Source: an uncultured archaeon
GTDB lineage: Archaea > Asgardarchaeota > Thorarchaeia > Thorarchaeales > Thorarchaeaceae
Direction of reading: 5' to 3'
DNA length: 32,000 bases
NCBI GenBank assembly: GCA_964354495.1
Contig: CAYHAA010000006.1
Coordinates: forward strand, 60,001-92,000
The notes beneath the pieces are model-generated. The model was not told the DNA's origin. It was given only the letters and a program-made list of their open reading frames with translations, and did not search any database. Positions 16,853 through 25,573 of this stretch are shown piece after piece; position 1 is the first letter of the stretch; every line of letters starts with the position of its first letter. The translations under genes and the position numbers were made by a program.

Positions 16853-17775
16853 GTTTCACTAGCCATGAGTTCATCAACGGTTCTTGATGTGGAACCAAAG
16901 GAAACGACTCCCCACTCAGCAGTTTCCGGTCCAGATATCACATAATCATCAAGCATACTTCGTGCATCTTGAATCTTCGCTGTGATTCTTCGAACAAGTT
17001 TGTCATGAATTTCCGGACCTGATGTTTTCCTGAAGCCTGCATCATCATGTGTTGAACCTGTTACTAACAGATTATGTCCATCACCAAACTTTGGCATTAT
17101 AGCATATCCACCAGAGTCCACGCCACCAAAATGTGGTTCGTTCAGTCTTGCGAATCTTCGTTCTACTTTCACATTCTTCTTTGTATCAATAACCACCTTC
17201 TCTCTCGAGTGTGCCACGATTTCATCTGAGAGTAATATTACTGGATGTCTAAATTTCTCCGATAGTTCGAAGGCTCTAGTGGTGAGCTCGTATGTTTCTT
17301 GAGAAGAAGCTGGTGCTAATGCAATCATCTCATGGTCTCCATGGGTACCCCACCTAGCTTGCATGATATCGCCCTGAGCTGCTTTTGTTGCCTGTCCCGT
17401 ACTGGGGCCCGCCCTCTGTACGTCTACAATAACACAGGGCGTTTCAGTCATAATGGCATACCCTATGTTCTCTTGCATCAGACTAAAGCCCGGACCCGAC
17501 GTGGCAGTCATCGCCATCTTCCCCCCCCAAGCCGCTCCGATGATAGCGGATATGGCAGCTATCTCATCTTCCATCTGAATATAGGTGCCACCAATCTTGG
17601 GTAGACTCAAAGACATAATCTCTGCAATCTCAGATGCAGGAGTTATCGGATAACCTGCGAAGAATCTACACCCCGCCGCAATCGCAGCTTCAGCACAGGC
17701 TTGATTTCCCTCCCAGAAATAGATTTTCGTACTGTCAGGTACCATGATTGATTCTCTCAGGGTTGCCGTGCCCAT
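16612..17775 (-). CDS. korA: 2-oxoacid:ferredoxin (acceptor) oxidoreductase alpha subunit
   Basis: GNQACAE, FFAGYPITPASE, QMEDE, ATSGPG, QRAGPSTG and ELNLGQL. Likely start is the ATG at 17745. Confidence 0.9.
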   Translation of the reverse strand: MGTATLRESIMVPDSTKIYFWEGNQACAEAAIAAGCRFFAGYPITPASEIAEIMSLSLPKIGGTYIQMEDEIAAISAIIGAAWGGKMAMTATSGPGFSLMQENIGYAIMTETPCVIVDVQRAGPSTGQATKAAQGDIMQARWGTHGDHEMIALAPASSQETYELTTRAFELSEKFRHPVILLSDEIVAHSREKVVIDTKKNVKVERRFARLNEPHFGGVDSGGYAIMPKFGDGHNLLVTGSTHDDAGFRKTSGPEIHDKLVRRITAKIQDARSMLDDYVISGPETAEWGVVSFGSTSRTVDELMASETHGTSVRSMRLRTVWPFPDEAVSGFSKSVDRILVPELNLGQLSREVSRTVRNSIDVIPLNKIGGGRMIEPSELLEKMLQS

Positions 17776-17830
17776 ATATCCGAAATAAGCATATTCTTAG
17801 GGCATTCCCGGAGTTCTTTTCCCGATACTC

Positions 17831-17837
17831 TTTTATC
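17831..17837 (+). promoter_or_regulatory. Putative TATA box for tRNA-Gly
   Basis: TTTTATC about 26 nt upstream of the tRNA 5' end. Confidence 0.5.
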
Positions 17838-17862
17838 AACGCTGGCTTCGATGATTTGTGCT

Positions 17863-17937
17863 GCGACCGTTGTCTAGTGGCTATGATGCAGGCTTCCCAA
17901 GCCTGCGACCCGGGTTCGAATCCCGGCGGTCGCACCA
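17863..17937 (+). tRNA. tRNA-Gly(CCC), intronless, CCA encoded
   Basis: GCGACCG/CGGTCGC acceptor, CAGGC-TTCCCAA-GCCTG anticodon arm, CCGGG-TTCGAAT-CCCGG T arm. Confidence 0.97.
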
Positions 17938-18110
17938 CTCTTTCGATTTCGTCAGGTTTATCGGCAAATCGGTCATAATCCAATTGGCGAGTGATGATTG
18001 CCATGACCCCGATGAGTCAGAAATGACAATGATATGGATCTTGAGTTAGGAGCTCGCTATTACTTTCGGAAATCTCCCCTCGCAATGTTCTTTTAATCGT
18101 ATAGTCTGCA

Positions 18111-18122
18111 AATGCTTTTAAG
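18111..18122 (+). promoter_or_regulatory. Putative BRE/TATA for cdc6
   Basis: AATGCTTTTAAG about 33 nt upstream of the ATG. Confidence 0.5.
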
Positions 18123-18153
18123 GACACTACAATAGAGTGGTCTTTGGACTGCC

Positions 18154-19359
18154 ATGGCTCATGATTATGTCGAAGACGAATTGAGCAGACGTAGTGTTTT
18201 CAAGTCTGAGCAATTTCTATCAATAGACTACGTACCTGAGAGTCTTCCGCATCGCCAAACCGAGCTTCGAACACTTGCTCAGAACTTTACAACTCTAATT
18301 CGTTCGCCAGGAAGAACAAGTCATAAATTCATTATTGAAGGGCCTGTGGGAAGTGGAAAGACTGCAGTAGCCAAGAGATTTGCTGAACAAATGGTGCAGG
18401 CCGCAGAACGAAGAGAGATCAATCTTCATAATATACACATTAATTGCCGCGTCAACAAGACCGACTATCTTGTGTTTCTACGGGCTCTTCGTGAATTCAA
18501 ACCCGAATTTCCTCGTCGAGGTCACTCCCCTGAGGAGTTACTGCAGATGTTGATTGAAGTCCTTGATGAAGAAGATAGATATCTTCTGCTCATTCTTGAT
18601 GAACTTGACTACTTCATCAGACAAAGAGGCGCTGACATTCTATACGATCTAACACGACTCACTGATGATAGGCTAAATGCAAAACAGCGTGTTTCTATCC
18701 TAGCGATAGGACGCAGAATTCCCTTTGATGAAGACACGCTCGATCCAAGTACACTCAGCACGCTTCAACGCAATATCATACACTTTTCCAAATACAGCAG
18801 AGATGCTTTGTATGATATTCTCAGGAACCGAGTCGAAATGGCATTTGAAAAGAACGCTGTGATGGATGAGACTCTTCATGTCATCTCAGACATTGCAGCA
18901 GAGCGAGGCGATGCCAGATATGCCATCGAGCTTTTGTGGCGAGCAGGAAAACAAGCTGACAGTAACCAAGCAAGCCTAGTCATTCCAGATTACGCTCGTC
19001 AAGCAAAGGCTGATACTCATCCCGAACTACGGAAGGAAATATTCAGTACCCTTACACCTCAACACAAGCTGCTTCTCTTAGCAACTGCTCGCCAACTGAA
19101 GGAAACCCGTAGCGCTTACGTAACCATTGGGGAGGTTGAGGAGATGTATCGTGCAGCATGCGAAGAATATAGAAGAGAACCAAGAGCACACACCCAAATC
19201 TGGGAATGGGTTCAAGATCTCAATGCTCATGGAATAATAGACACAAAGCGATCGGGAAGTGGACAGAGAGGGCAGACAACGCTCATTGGTCTCTCTGATG
19301 TTCCTGCAGAAATGTTGGAACAGTTTATAGCTCATCTTCTCGATACAAAGGAGCTGTGA
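18154..19359 (+). CDS. cdc6: Orc1/Cdc6 family protein (Orc1-2-like C-terminal signature)
   Basis: DYVPESLPHR, Walker A GPVGSGKT, INC, Walker B LILDELD, GDARYAI and wHTH EPRAHTQ...SGSGQRGQTT. Confidence 0.96.
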   Translation: MAHDYVEDELSRRSVFKSEQFLSIDYVPESLPHRQTELRTLAQNFTTLIRSPGRTSHKFIIEGPVGSGKTAVAKRFAEQMVQAAERREINLHNIHINCRVNKTDYLVFLRALREFKPEFPRRGHSPEELLQMLIEVLDEEDRYLLLILDELDYFIRQRGADILYDLTRLTDDRLNAKQRVSILAIGRRIPFDEDTLDPSTLSTLQRNIIHFSKYSRDALYDILRNRVEMAFEKNAVMDETLHVISDIAAERGDARYAIELLWRAGKQADSNQASLVIPDYARQAKADTHPELRKEIFSTLTPQHKLLLLATARQLKETRSAYVTIGEVEEMYRAACEEYRREPRAHTQIWEWVQDLNAHGIIDTKRSGSGQRGQTTLIGLSDVPAEMLEQFIAHLLDTKEL

Positions 19360-19366
19360 AATATTC

Positions 19367-19651
19367 GTGAAGGCAGAGAGCACATCAAAAATTGCGATTG
19401 AAGACCTTCTTTCATCCCGTGGAAGAATCAAAATACTAAAGGAACTCGCAAAGTCTACGGAATTGAACATCTCGGAACTTTGTAGGCGAGTAGATCTAAA
19501 TCACAGTTCGACTAAGTCGCATCTTGAAGTGCTACTGACATCCGGGCTAATAGAAGAGAAGAAATTCGGTCGAATCAAGATATATCGCTACAAGATTGAG
19601 GATTTACGGGCTCGTTCACTACGAAGTTTCATTGATCTATGGGAGTCATGA
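19367..19651 (+). CDS. ArsR-like winged-helix transcription regulator, cdc6-linked
   Basis: SSRGRIKIL, LNISEL, HLEVL..GLIEE..FGRIKIY. GTG start 8 nt after the cdc6 stop. Confidence 0.85.
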   Translation: MKAESTSKIAIEDLLSSRGRIKILKELAKSTELNISELCRRVDLNHSSTKSHLEVLLTSGLIEEKKFGRIKIYRYKIEDLRARSLRSFIDLWES

Positions 19652-20523
19652 AGGAGCATCAGCTGATGGCAGACTATCTAGCACGTCTGTTCTATCTTGG
19701 AGATAACTATCATGGATCTCAAATGCAGCCAGGATTGAGAACCATCCAAGGTGAACTTATCAGAGCCACTTCAAAATGGAGCGGAGAAACTCACTCCTCC
19801 CACACCATTCAATTATCAGGGAGGACTGACCGCGGAGTTCACAGCTTTGGGCAACTTGTGATGGTTAGCACTGACAGACGGTTCTCCATCGATGGGATTA
19901 ATAAGCATCTTCCTGAGGATATTGTACTTTGGGCGTGGGCACGAGCTCCTGAGGGATTCAAACCACGTTCTGGGGCTTTGATTCGTCATTATCGGTATTT
20001 CCTTGACGAATCATGGAATAGTATCAATCAAGATCGTATTAGAGAGGCAATCACTCTGGTAGTGGGGTCGAATGATTTTCATTTTCTATCAAAACCTGAT
20101 GAACGACGGAACACAGTCACTACTGTACTGAATGTATCCATCGGTGAGATTTCGAATATCAAGTTCCTAGATATTTTCGGAACGAGTTTTCTATGGAAAT
20201 TCGTACGAAAGGTAGTGACATTATTGACCGAGATTGGCTCGGAAAAAGTGAAGCCCGAAACCATCCTTGAAGTCCTTGATGGAAGCAAGAAGACTATTCG
20301 TGGGGGAATTGAACCCGCGCCACCCGAAAACCTAGTACTCATGGAAACTGTAGTGCCTTTTCGACTTGCGACAAGTAAGTATGCATTACGGAGAATCCAG
20401 AATTATCTGACCACTCGTCATGATTTTCTCAGACGGTCTAACCTAACACTGTCTGGTCTTACTAATCACTTCTCTTCTTCAATAATGTTTTCTCAACGTT
20501 CAACCAGCTCGCGAAATCTTTGA
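19639..20523 (+). CDS. truA: tRNA pseudouridine(38-40) synthase
   Basis: YHGSQMQP, catalytic SGRTDRGVH, FLWKFVRK and APPENLVL. Likely start is the ATG at 19666. Confidence 0.95.
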   Translation: MGVMKEHQLMADYLARLFYLGDNYHGSQMQPGLRTIQGELIRATSKWSGETHSSHTIQLSGRTDRGVHSFGQLVMVSTDRRFSIDGINKHLPEDIVLWAWARAPEGFKPRSGALIRHYRYFLDESWNSINQDRIREAITLVVGSNDFHFLSKPDERRNTVTTVLNVSIGEISNIKFLDIFGTSFLWKFVRKVVTLLTEIGSEKVKPETILEVLDGSKKTIRGGIEPAPPENLVLMETVVPFRLATSKYALRRIQNYLTTRHDFLRRSNLTLSGLTNHFSSSIMFSQRSTSSRNL

Positions 20524-21688
20524 TTACTCTAGGTTTTAGTCCTATTATCTCAACGATTGTGTCGAAGTGAGTTCTCATTACTCTTCTCTTTGAAACTCCT
20601 GTCAGCTTCGATAAAGCATAGAGAACGTCGCCTCGCTTGTCCCTTGACCTATTTCCCTGCCAGACTAAAAGTGGCCACATTGGTTGAGAGTAGCTGACTT
20701 TTCGGTATGGTGTCACAGTTCTACTTCCAGCAACACCAGTTGCGAGGAAATCATACATATATGACAGGAGTTTCCAGTTCTGGTTTCTCATTATTCTGCC
20801 TAGTGCCAAATCAGCTAAAGAGAGTCCATCAAATCCATCGCTCAACTCATTCTCTGTCAGTAGATGGAGGTGCAGGTTTTCCTCCAACCACAGAACCAGG
20901 TCATCATAATCAAGATCAGACTCGGATAGTACTTTCCCTGCAATATCTGGCTCTGTGGTCATGAATAACCTACGAAGCGTTTCCTCAGTTCCACGCCGAG
21001 CATCTCTTGTTATAGACTCGACAGACGAGTCTTTTGTATTCCTCTTGACATATGATTCGAGATCTGAGATAGCAGCTCGGAGGTCTCCAGCCGAGTTGTC
21101 TGCTATCTGATTAATGACACTCTGCGTGACTTCAGCATGATTCTCCTTCGCTATCTGAACCAATACACTTGTTATACAGTCATGTGAAATTTGTTCGAAA
21201 GGATAGACTTGGCAGACTTTGAAAAGGTCCTTGAGTCGTGGACTATCGGGGTCGTTAGCAGTCATTATGATTGGATGAACTGAATCTTGTATCACCCTTA
21301 CAATCGCTCCAACACCGCCTCTATCGCTCGTACCCGAAAGGCCGTCTACTTCATCTAGAAGAATAATTCTGGGCCGGCCATCAAGGGTCTGTTGGGATGC
21401 TGCCCTCCAGACAAGGGTTTCAATGCTGTCCTTGTTCCTGTTATCACTTGAATTGAACTCAACAAGCTCCATATTCAAATCATTGGCCAGAGCTCCAACA
21501 GTTGCAGTCTTTCCGATACCTGGCGGTCCAATCAAAAGAACAGCTCGTTTCTCCGGCAAGCTCTTGCTCCAAGATAAGACCCATGCTTTTATTGAGGCAA
21601 TAGCATCAGAATTACCAACAATGAGGTCCAAGGTTCTCGGACGATGTTTCTCAGGCCACGGAAGACTATCACTGTTCACTGGTATCAC
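20462..21688 (-). CDS. rfcL: Replication factor C large subunit
   Basis: WPEKHRP, GPPGIGKT, EFNSSD, ILLDEVD, GDLRAAI. Lies downstream of rfcS. Confidence 0.93.
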   Translation of the reverse strand: MIPVNSDSLPWPEKHRPRTLDLIVGNSDAIASIKAWVLSWSKSLPEKRAVLLIGPPGIGKTATVGALANDLNMELVEFNSSDNRNKDSIETLVWRAASQQTLDGRPRIILLDEVDGLSGTSDRGGVGAIVRVIQDSVHPIIMTANDPDSPRLKDLFKVCQVYPFEQISHDCITSVLVQIAKENHAEVTQSVINQIADNSAGDLRAAISDLESYVKRNTKDSSVESITRDARRGTEETLRRLFMTTEPDIAGKVLSESDLDYDDLVLWLEENLHLHLLTENELSDGFDGLSLADLALGRIMRNQNWKLLSYMYDFLATGVAGSRTVTPYRKVSYSQPMWPLLVWQGNRSRDKRGDVLYALSKLTGVSKRRVMRTHFDTIVEIIGLKPRVIKDFASWLNVEKTLLKKRSD

Positions 21689-22655
21689 AGCCTGACCCTA
21701 TGTGTGCTAGCAGAGCGGTGAGTTGAATCTCCCCATTAGAACCCTCTCCGATTCTAAAATCAATCTCTGCAATCTGTTCTAGTACATTCATTTGCAGACT
21801 GGCTGGTAGAGCAAGTTTCTGAATCTCTTTGTGCATTTGCTTTACTAAATCAAAAGGGGACACGCCCTCATGGTAAATCAGTGTTTTGAGCTCCTGCAAT
21901 GCATCGACATATCTACCATCACGTGCGGTCTTAATCATTGATTTCACAGTTTCAGGGCTTGCTCTTCCAGATATTGCATACACAATCTTATCCGTGATTT
22001 GTTGACCTGTTGATGAAGCCGCCTGTAGAAGGTTTATTGCTGCCCTCATGTCCCCCTCGGCAAGATAGAGAATTGCTTCTATTCCACTGGAAAGAAGTTT
22101 GATCTTTTCCTTGGCTGCAATATGCTTCAACCGTGCAGCTATATTATCGTCCTCTAGTCGTGAGAATCTGAATATTGCACATCGTGATTGTATTGGTGGG
22201 ATTATTCTACTTGAGTAATTGCAAATCAGGATCATTCTACAAGACTGAGAGTATGACTCCATAGTTCTTCGAAGAGCATGCTGGGCATCAGCAGTCAGAT
22301 GATCTGCTTCATCTAGAACAAGTATCTTGAAATGTGCGTCCCCTGATGGCATTATCCTAGCGAAGTTTTTGATCTGATTTCTAACCACATCAATGCCTCT
22401 CTCATCACTAGCATTGAGCTCCATGAAGTTACGTTCGTAGCTATCCCCAAACAAGTCCTTTGCCATTGCAATAGCAGCTGTAGTCTTGCTAGTACCTGGT
22501 GGGCCGGTAAAGAGACAATGTGGTACCGCCTTACTCTCTACAAACATCATAAGGCTCTTGATAATCTGCTCCTGGCCAATAATCCCACTAAGAGTAGGGG
22601 GCCGATATTTCTCAGTCCACAGGTCCAAATCCATTGAGTGTTCCCACCGTTTCAT
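21669..22655 (-). CDS. rfcS: Replication factor C small subunit
   Basis: WTEKYRP, GPPGTSKT, ELNASDERGI, LDEAD, IQSRC, GDMRAAIN. Likely start is the ATG at 22634. Confidence 0.96.
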   Translation of the reverse strand: MKRWEHSMDLDLWTEKYRPPTLSGIIGQEQIIKSLMMFVESKAVPHCLFTGPPGTSKTTAAIAMAKDLFGDSYERNFMELNASDERGIDVVRNQIKNFARIMPSGDAHFKILVLDEADHLTADAQHALRRTMESYSQSCRMILICNYSSRIIPPIQSRCAIFRFSRLEDDNIAARLKHIAAKEKIKLLSSGIEAILYLAEGDMRAAINLLQAASSTGQQITDKIVYAISGRASPETVKSMIKTARDGRYVDALQELKTLIYHEGVSPFDLVKQMHKEIQKLALPASLQMNVLEQIAEIDFRIGEGSNGEIQLTALLAHIGSGCDTSEQ

Positions 22656-22836
22656 GAACAGTTGTAGTCTGTAATGGTAGATGTTTCATGTGTTCATTCT
22701 TGGTCTCTTAAAAGGTTCTCTTGACTTCCAATGTTCTATCACCATTATTATCACCTTAGATTATTTAATCACTATAGCTCAAAATAGTAGAGCAAGGTCT
22801 TTATTTCATTCAGGTCTGACAACTGGGTGGACCACC

Positions 22837-23394
22837 ATGAGAATATGTGTTGATTCCAAAGAGGCAATGAAGAGGTTTGAGATGTTATTCCTTAATGAAA
22901 ATCGGGAATGCATCTTTCTGAAGCCAACACCTGAATTCACTGTAACTGGACAAGAGTTTGGTCCATTCAAAAAGGGCGATCGCGCAGAAATGCCGAATTG
23001 GGTCATTGAAAGACTTCTCAGGACCGAGTATGTTGAAATTGCTCCGGAAGATGCTTATGAGTCTTTACGAAGACTCCAGAATCTCTATCGTGAAGAAGAA
23101 AAGCAACCTCTTAAGTTTCAGACAGTCCAGCCTTTCCTCTATACAGCAATAGCTAGGAAAACACTGCGTCTAGATAGCGACAAGACATCCATGGATCCTC
23201 GCAAGTACGAAGAGGTTGAGAAGCTCCGTAAAATGACTCCTTTTCTCGTTGAAACTAGACTATCGAAGATACTACGGGTCGCCAAATCTGGTGCTTATCA
23301 AGAAAAGCGCCAACAGATGGCTCACGAGGAACGATGGTTATGCGAGGAGCTAGCTGGACTGATATCGGGATGGCGCCAAAACATCATGGAATAG
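22837..23394 (+). CDS. gins23: GINS subunit (Gins23/Psf2-like, B-domain first)
   Basis: GPFKKGDRAEMPNWV B-domain, then helical A-domain (RLSKIL..EERWL). Directly upstream of mcm. Start set at the ATG 22837 behind a GGGTGG SD rather than 22681. Confidence 0.85.
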   Translation: MRICVDSKEAMKRFEMLFLNENRECIFLKPTPEFTVTGQEFGPFKKGDRAEMPNWVIERLLRTEYVEIAPEDAYESLRRLQNLYREEEKQPLKFQTVQPFLYTAIARKTLRLDSDKTSMDPRKYEEVEKLRKMTPFLVETRLSKILRVAKSGAYQEKRQQMAHEERWLCEELAGLISGWRQNIME

Positions 23395-23486
23395 GCATTG
23401 AGTATTAGTGCGGTTAAATACAAATCCTGAAGAACTAGGAGTCTGAACACAGATACAAGGGTATTCCTCATTGTATATCGAGGTCG

Positions 23487-25559
23487 ATGATAATGTCAAG
23501 TTATGATGAATCTCAGGAACGGTCTGAAGAGTTTCTCAGAACCTACAAGGATAGTCAAGGTGCTCTCCCATACTGGGCACGACTCCAACAAATGTCAATC
23601 AATGATGAGGTTTCTCTCTCAATTGACTATCAAGACCTGATTAGCTTCGACAATGTCTTTGTGACTCTGGCCGCTGAGAATCCCCAGCGGTTCATTGACA
23701 CGATTAATGCAGCACTTGTTTCTGTTCTAAGAGTAGAGGATCCAGACTATGTCAACAGCTTGGATATCACCACAATCAAGGCTAGGATTACAAACTACTC
23801 TGAACATGTGCCTCTGCGTGCTATTCGATCCAAGCATATTGGAAAGCTTGTACATGTGAGTGGTATCATGATGCGGGCAAGTGAAGTAAAGCCATTATTA
23901 GTACAGGCGATGTTTCAATGTCGAATATGTGATGAGAAGATTCCCCAGACTCAAGAAGAGGGCAGGTTCACAGAGCCTGCAAGGTGCCCACTCTGTGACA
24001 AGAAGACTCCAATGAAACTCCTCCCACAAGAGTCGCAATTCAGAGACTGGCAAAAGGTGCGTGTTCAAGAGTCTCCAGATGAGCTACCACCCGGTCAGAT
24101 GCCTCGCTCCATCGACATAGTTCTGGAGGGCGATATCGTAGATGTATCTCGACCAGGCGACCTCGTGAAGGTCACCGGAATACTTCAGACAACGCCTGAC
24201 TTTTCCCGAAGAGGCGGGAAGCTAGCCACCTTCAATGTATTCATCGAAGCTAATGGTGTTGAGGTGTCCGAGAAGGAATACCAACAGCTCGAGATATCCG
24301 AAGAGGATGAGAAGAAAATTCGAGAGTTAGCAGAAGATCCCTACGTCCATCAGAGGATTGTTGCGTCAATTGCGCCATCAATCCAAGGATATGATGCCAT
24401 CAAGGAGTCTATTGCATTATTGCTCTTTGGCGGTGTAGGAAAGAAACTGCCCGATGGTACTCGAATAAGAGGTAAGTCAAATATACTCATGATAGGCGAT
24501 CCGGGTACAGGAAAGAGCCAGATACTCAAGTTTGTTGCAGGATTGGCAGCACGAGGTCTCTATACCTCAGGTAAGGGAACAACAGCTGCAGGTCTCACTG
24601 CCGCAGTGATGCACGATCCTGAATCCGGTGCCATGACACTTGAAGCAGGAGCACTGGTCTTGTCCGATCAAGGAACTGCATGCATCGATGAGTTCGATAA
24701 AATGGACCCTGATGACAGGACTGCAATTCATGAAGCCATGGAGCAGCATACAGTCAGTATAGCTAAGGCTGGCATTGTTGCAACACTTAATGCAAGAACA
24801 TCAGTTCTTGCCGCAGCAAATCCCGCATTAGGCCGCTATGAGTCATCATTATCTGTTCAAGACAACATCAAATTACCATTTACGATACTATCTCGATTTG
24901 ACTTGGTTTGGATTATGGTTGACACGATTGATGCCAAAAAGGACCGCGAAATTGCCCAGTTCATTCTTAATATGCATCAAGCGAAGAAACCCAAAAGTGA
25001 TTCAGCAACTCCTCCTGTTCCGCCGGCTTTTCTCAAGAAATACATCGGTTACGCAAATATCAATGTGATTCCCCAACTCTCTGCTGAAGCAGCAGAAGTA
25101 ATCGAGAACTTCTATGTCGACCTGCGGAAGAGCGCAGAGGGTGGTGCTGCAATTCCGATTACAGCGAGGCAACTAGAATCCCTTGTTCGCCTATCAGAGG
25201 CACGAGCTCGAATGGCTTTGCGGTCCAAAGTCACCAAGGAAGACGCTCAGGCATCTATTCGATTGATGGAGGACTCACTTCGAATGGTTGCACTGGACAG
25301 AGTCACTGGCAAAATCGACATTGATCGTCTCGTTTCAAAGATGAGTGCTTCTCAGAGAAGCTCGTCCGATATAATCATCAAGGCTATCCGGGATATGGGA
25401 TCTGATGGCGCGTCAACTGTGAATAAGGATGCACTGATACAAAGGGCTGTGTCTATGGGTCTTGCAAAGGAACAGGCCGAGGAAGTCATTGAGAAGCTTC
25501 TGGCTGAGGGCATACTCTATAGCCCTAAGGAAGGAAAAATCAGACACTCCCAGAGCTAG
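23487..25559 (+). CDS. mcm: Replicative helicase MCM (no intein)
   Basis: CRIC..CPLC Zn finger, GDPGTGKS, IDEFDKM, AANP, SRFD, ITARQLE and a C-terminal wHTH. Confidence 0.98.
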   Translation: MIMSSYDESQERSEEFLRTYKDSQGALPYWARLQQMSINDEVSLSIDYQDLISFDNVFVTLAAENPQRFIDTINAALVSVLRVEDPDYVNSLDITTIKARITNYSEHVPLRAIRSKHIGKLVHVSGIMMRASEVKPLLVQAMFQCRICDEKIPQTQEEGRFTEPARCPLCDKKTPMKLLPQESQFRDWQKVRVQESPDELPPGQMPRSIDIVLEGDIVDVSRPGDLVKVTGILQTTPDFSRRGGKLATFNVFIEANGVEVSEKEYQQLEISEEDEKKIRELAEDPYVHQRIVASIAPSIQGYDAIKESIALLLFGGVGKKLPDGTRIRGKSNILMIGDPGTGKSQILKFVAGLAARGLYTSGKGTTAAGLTAAVMHDPESGAMTLEAGALVLSDQGTACIDEFDKMDPDDRTAIHEAMEQHTVSIAKAGIVATLNARTSVLAAANPALGRYESSLSVQDNIKLPFTILSRFDLVWIMVDTIDAKKDREIAQFILNMHQAKKPKSDSATPPVPPAFLKKYIGYANINVIPQLSAEAAEVIENFYVDLRKSAEGGAAIPITARQLESLVRLSEARARMALRSKVTKEDAQASIRLMEDSLRMVALDRVTGKIDIDRLVSKMSASQRSSSDIIIKAIRDMGSDGASTVNKDALIQRAVSMGLAKEQAEEVIEKLLAEGILYSPKEGKIRHSQS

Positions 25560-25573
25560 AAGATCTGACATGC

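Noticed and set aside
18062-18067. ACTTTC upstream of cdc6, matching the Sulfolobus ANTTTC DNA-damage element
   Set aside because: A degenerate hexamer expected often by chance; it cannot be supported without genome-wide enrichment.
22082-22092. TTCCACTGGAA, an exact ORB-core match on the minus strand
   Set aside because: Single copy inside the rfcS coding sequence (LSSGI), with no G-string and no adjacent AT-rich element.
22681-22836. 52-codon N-terminal extension of the GINS ORF in the ORF track
   Set aside because: It covers the divergent promoter region. The ATG at 22837 has a GGGTGG SD and gives a normal length.
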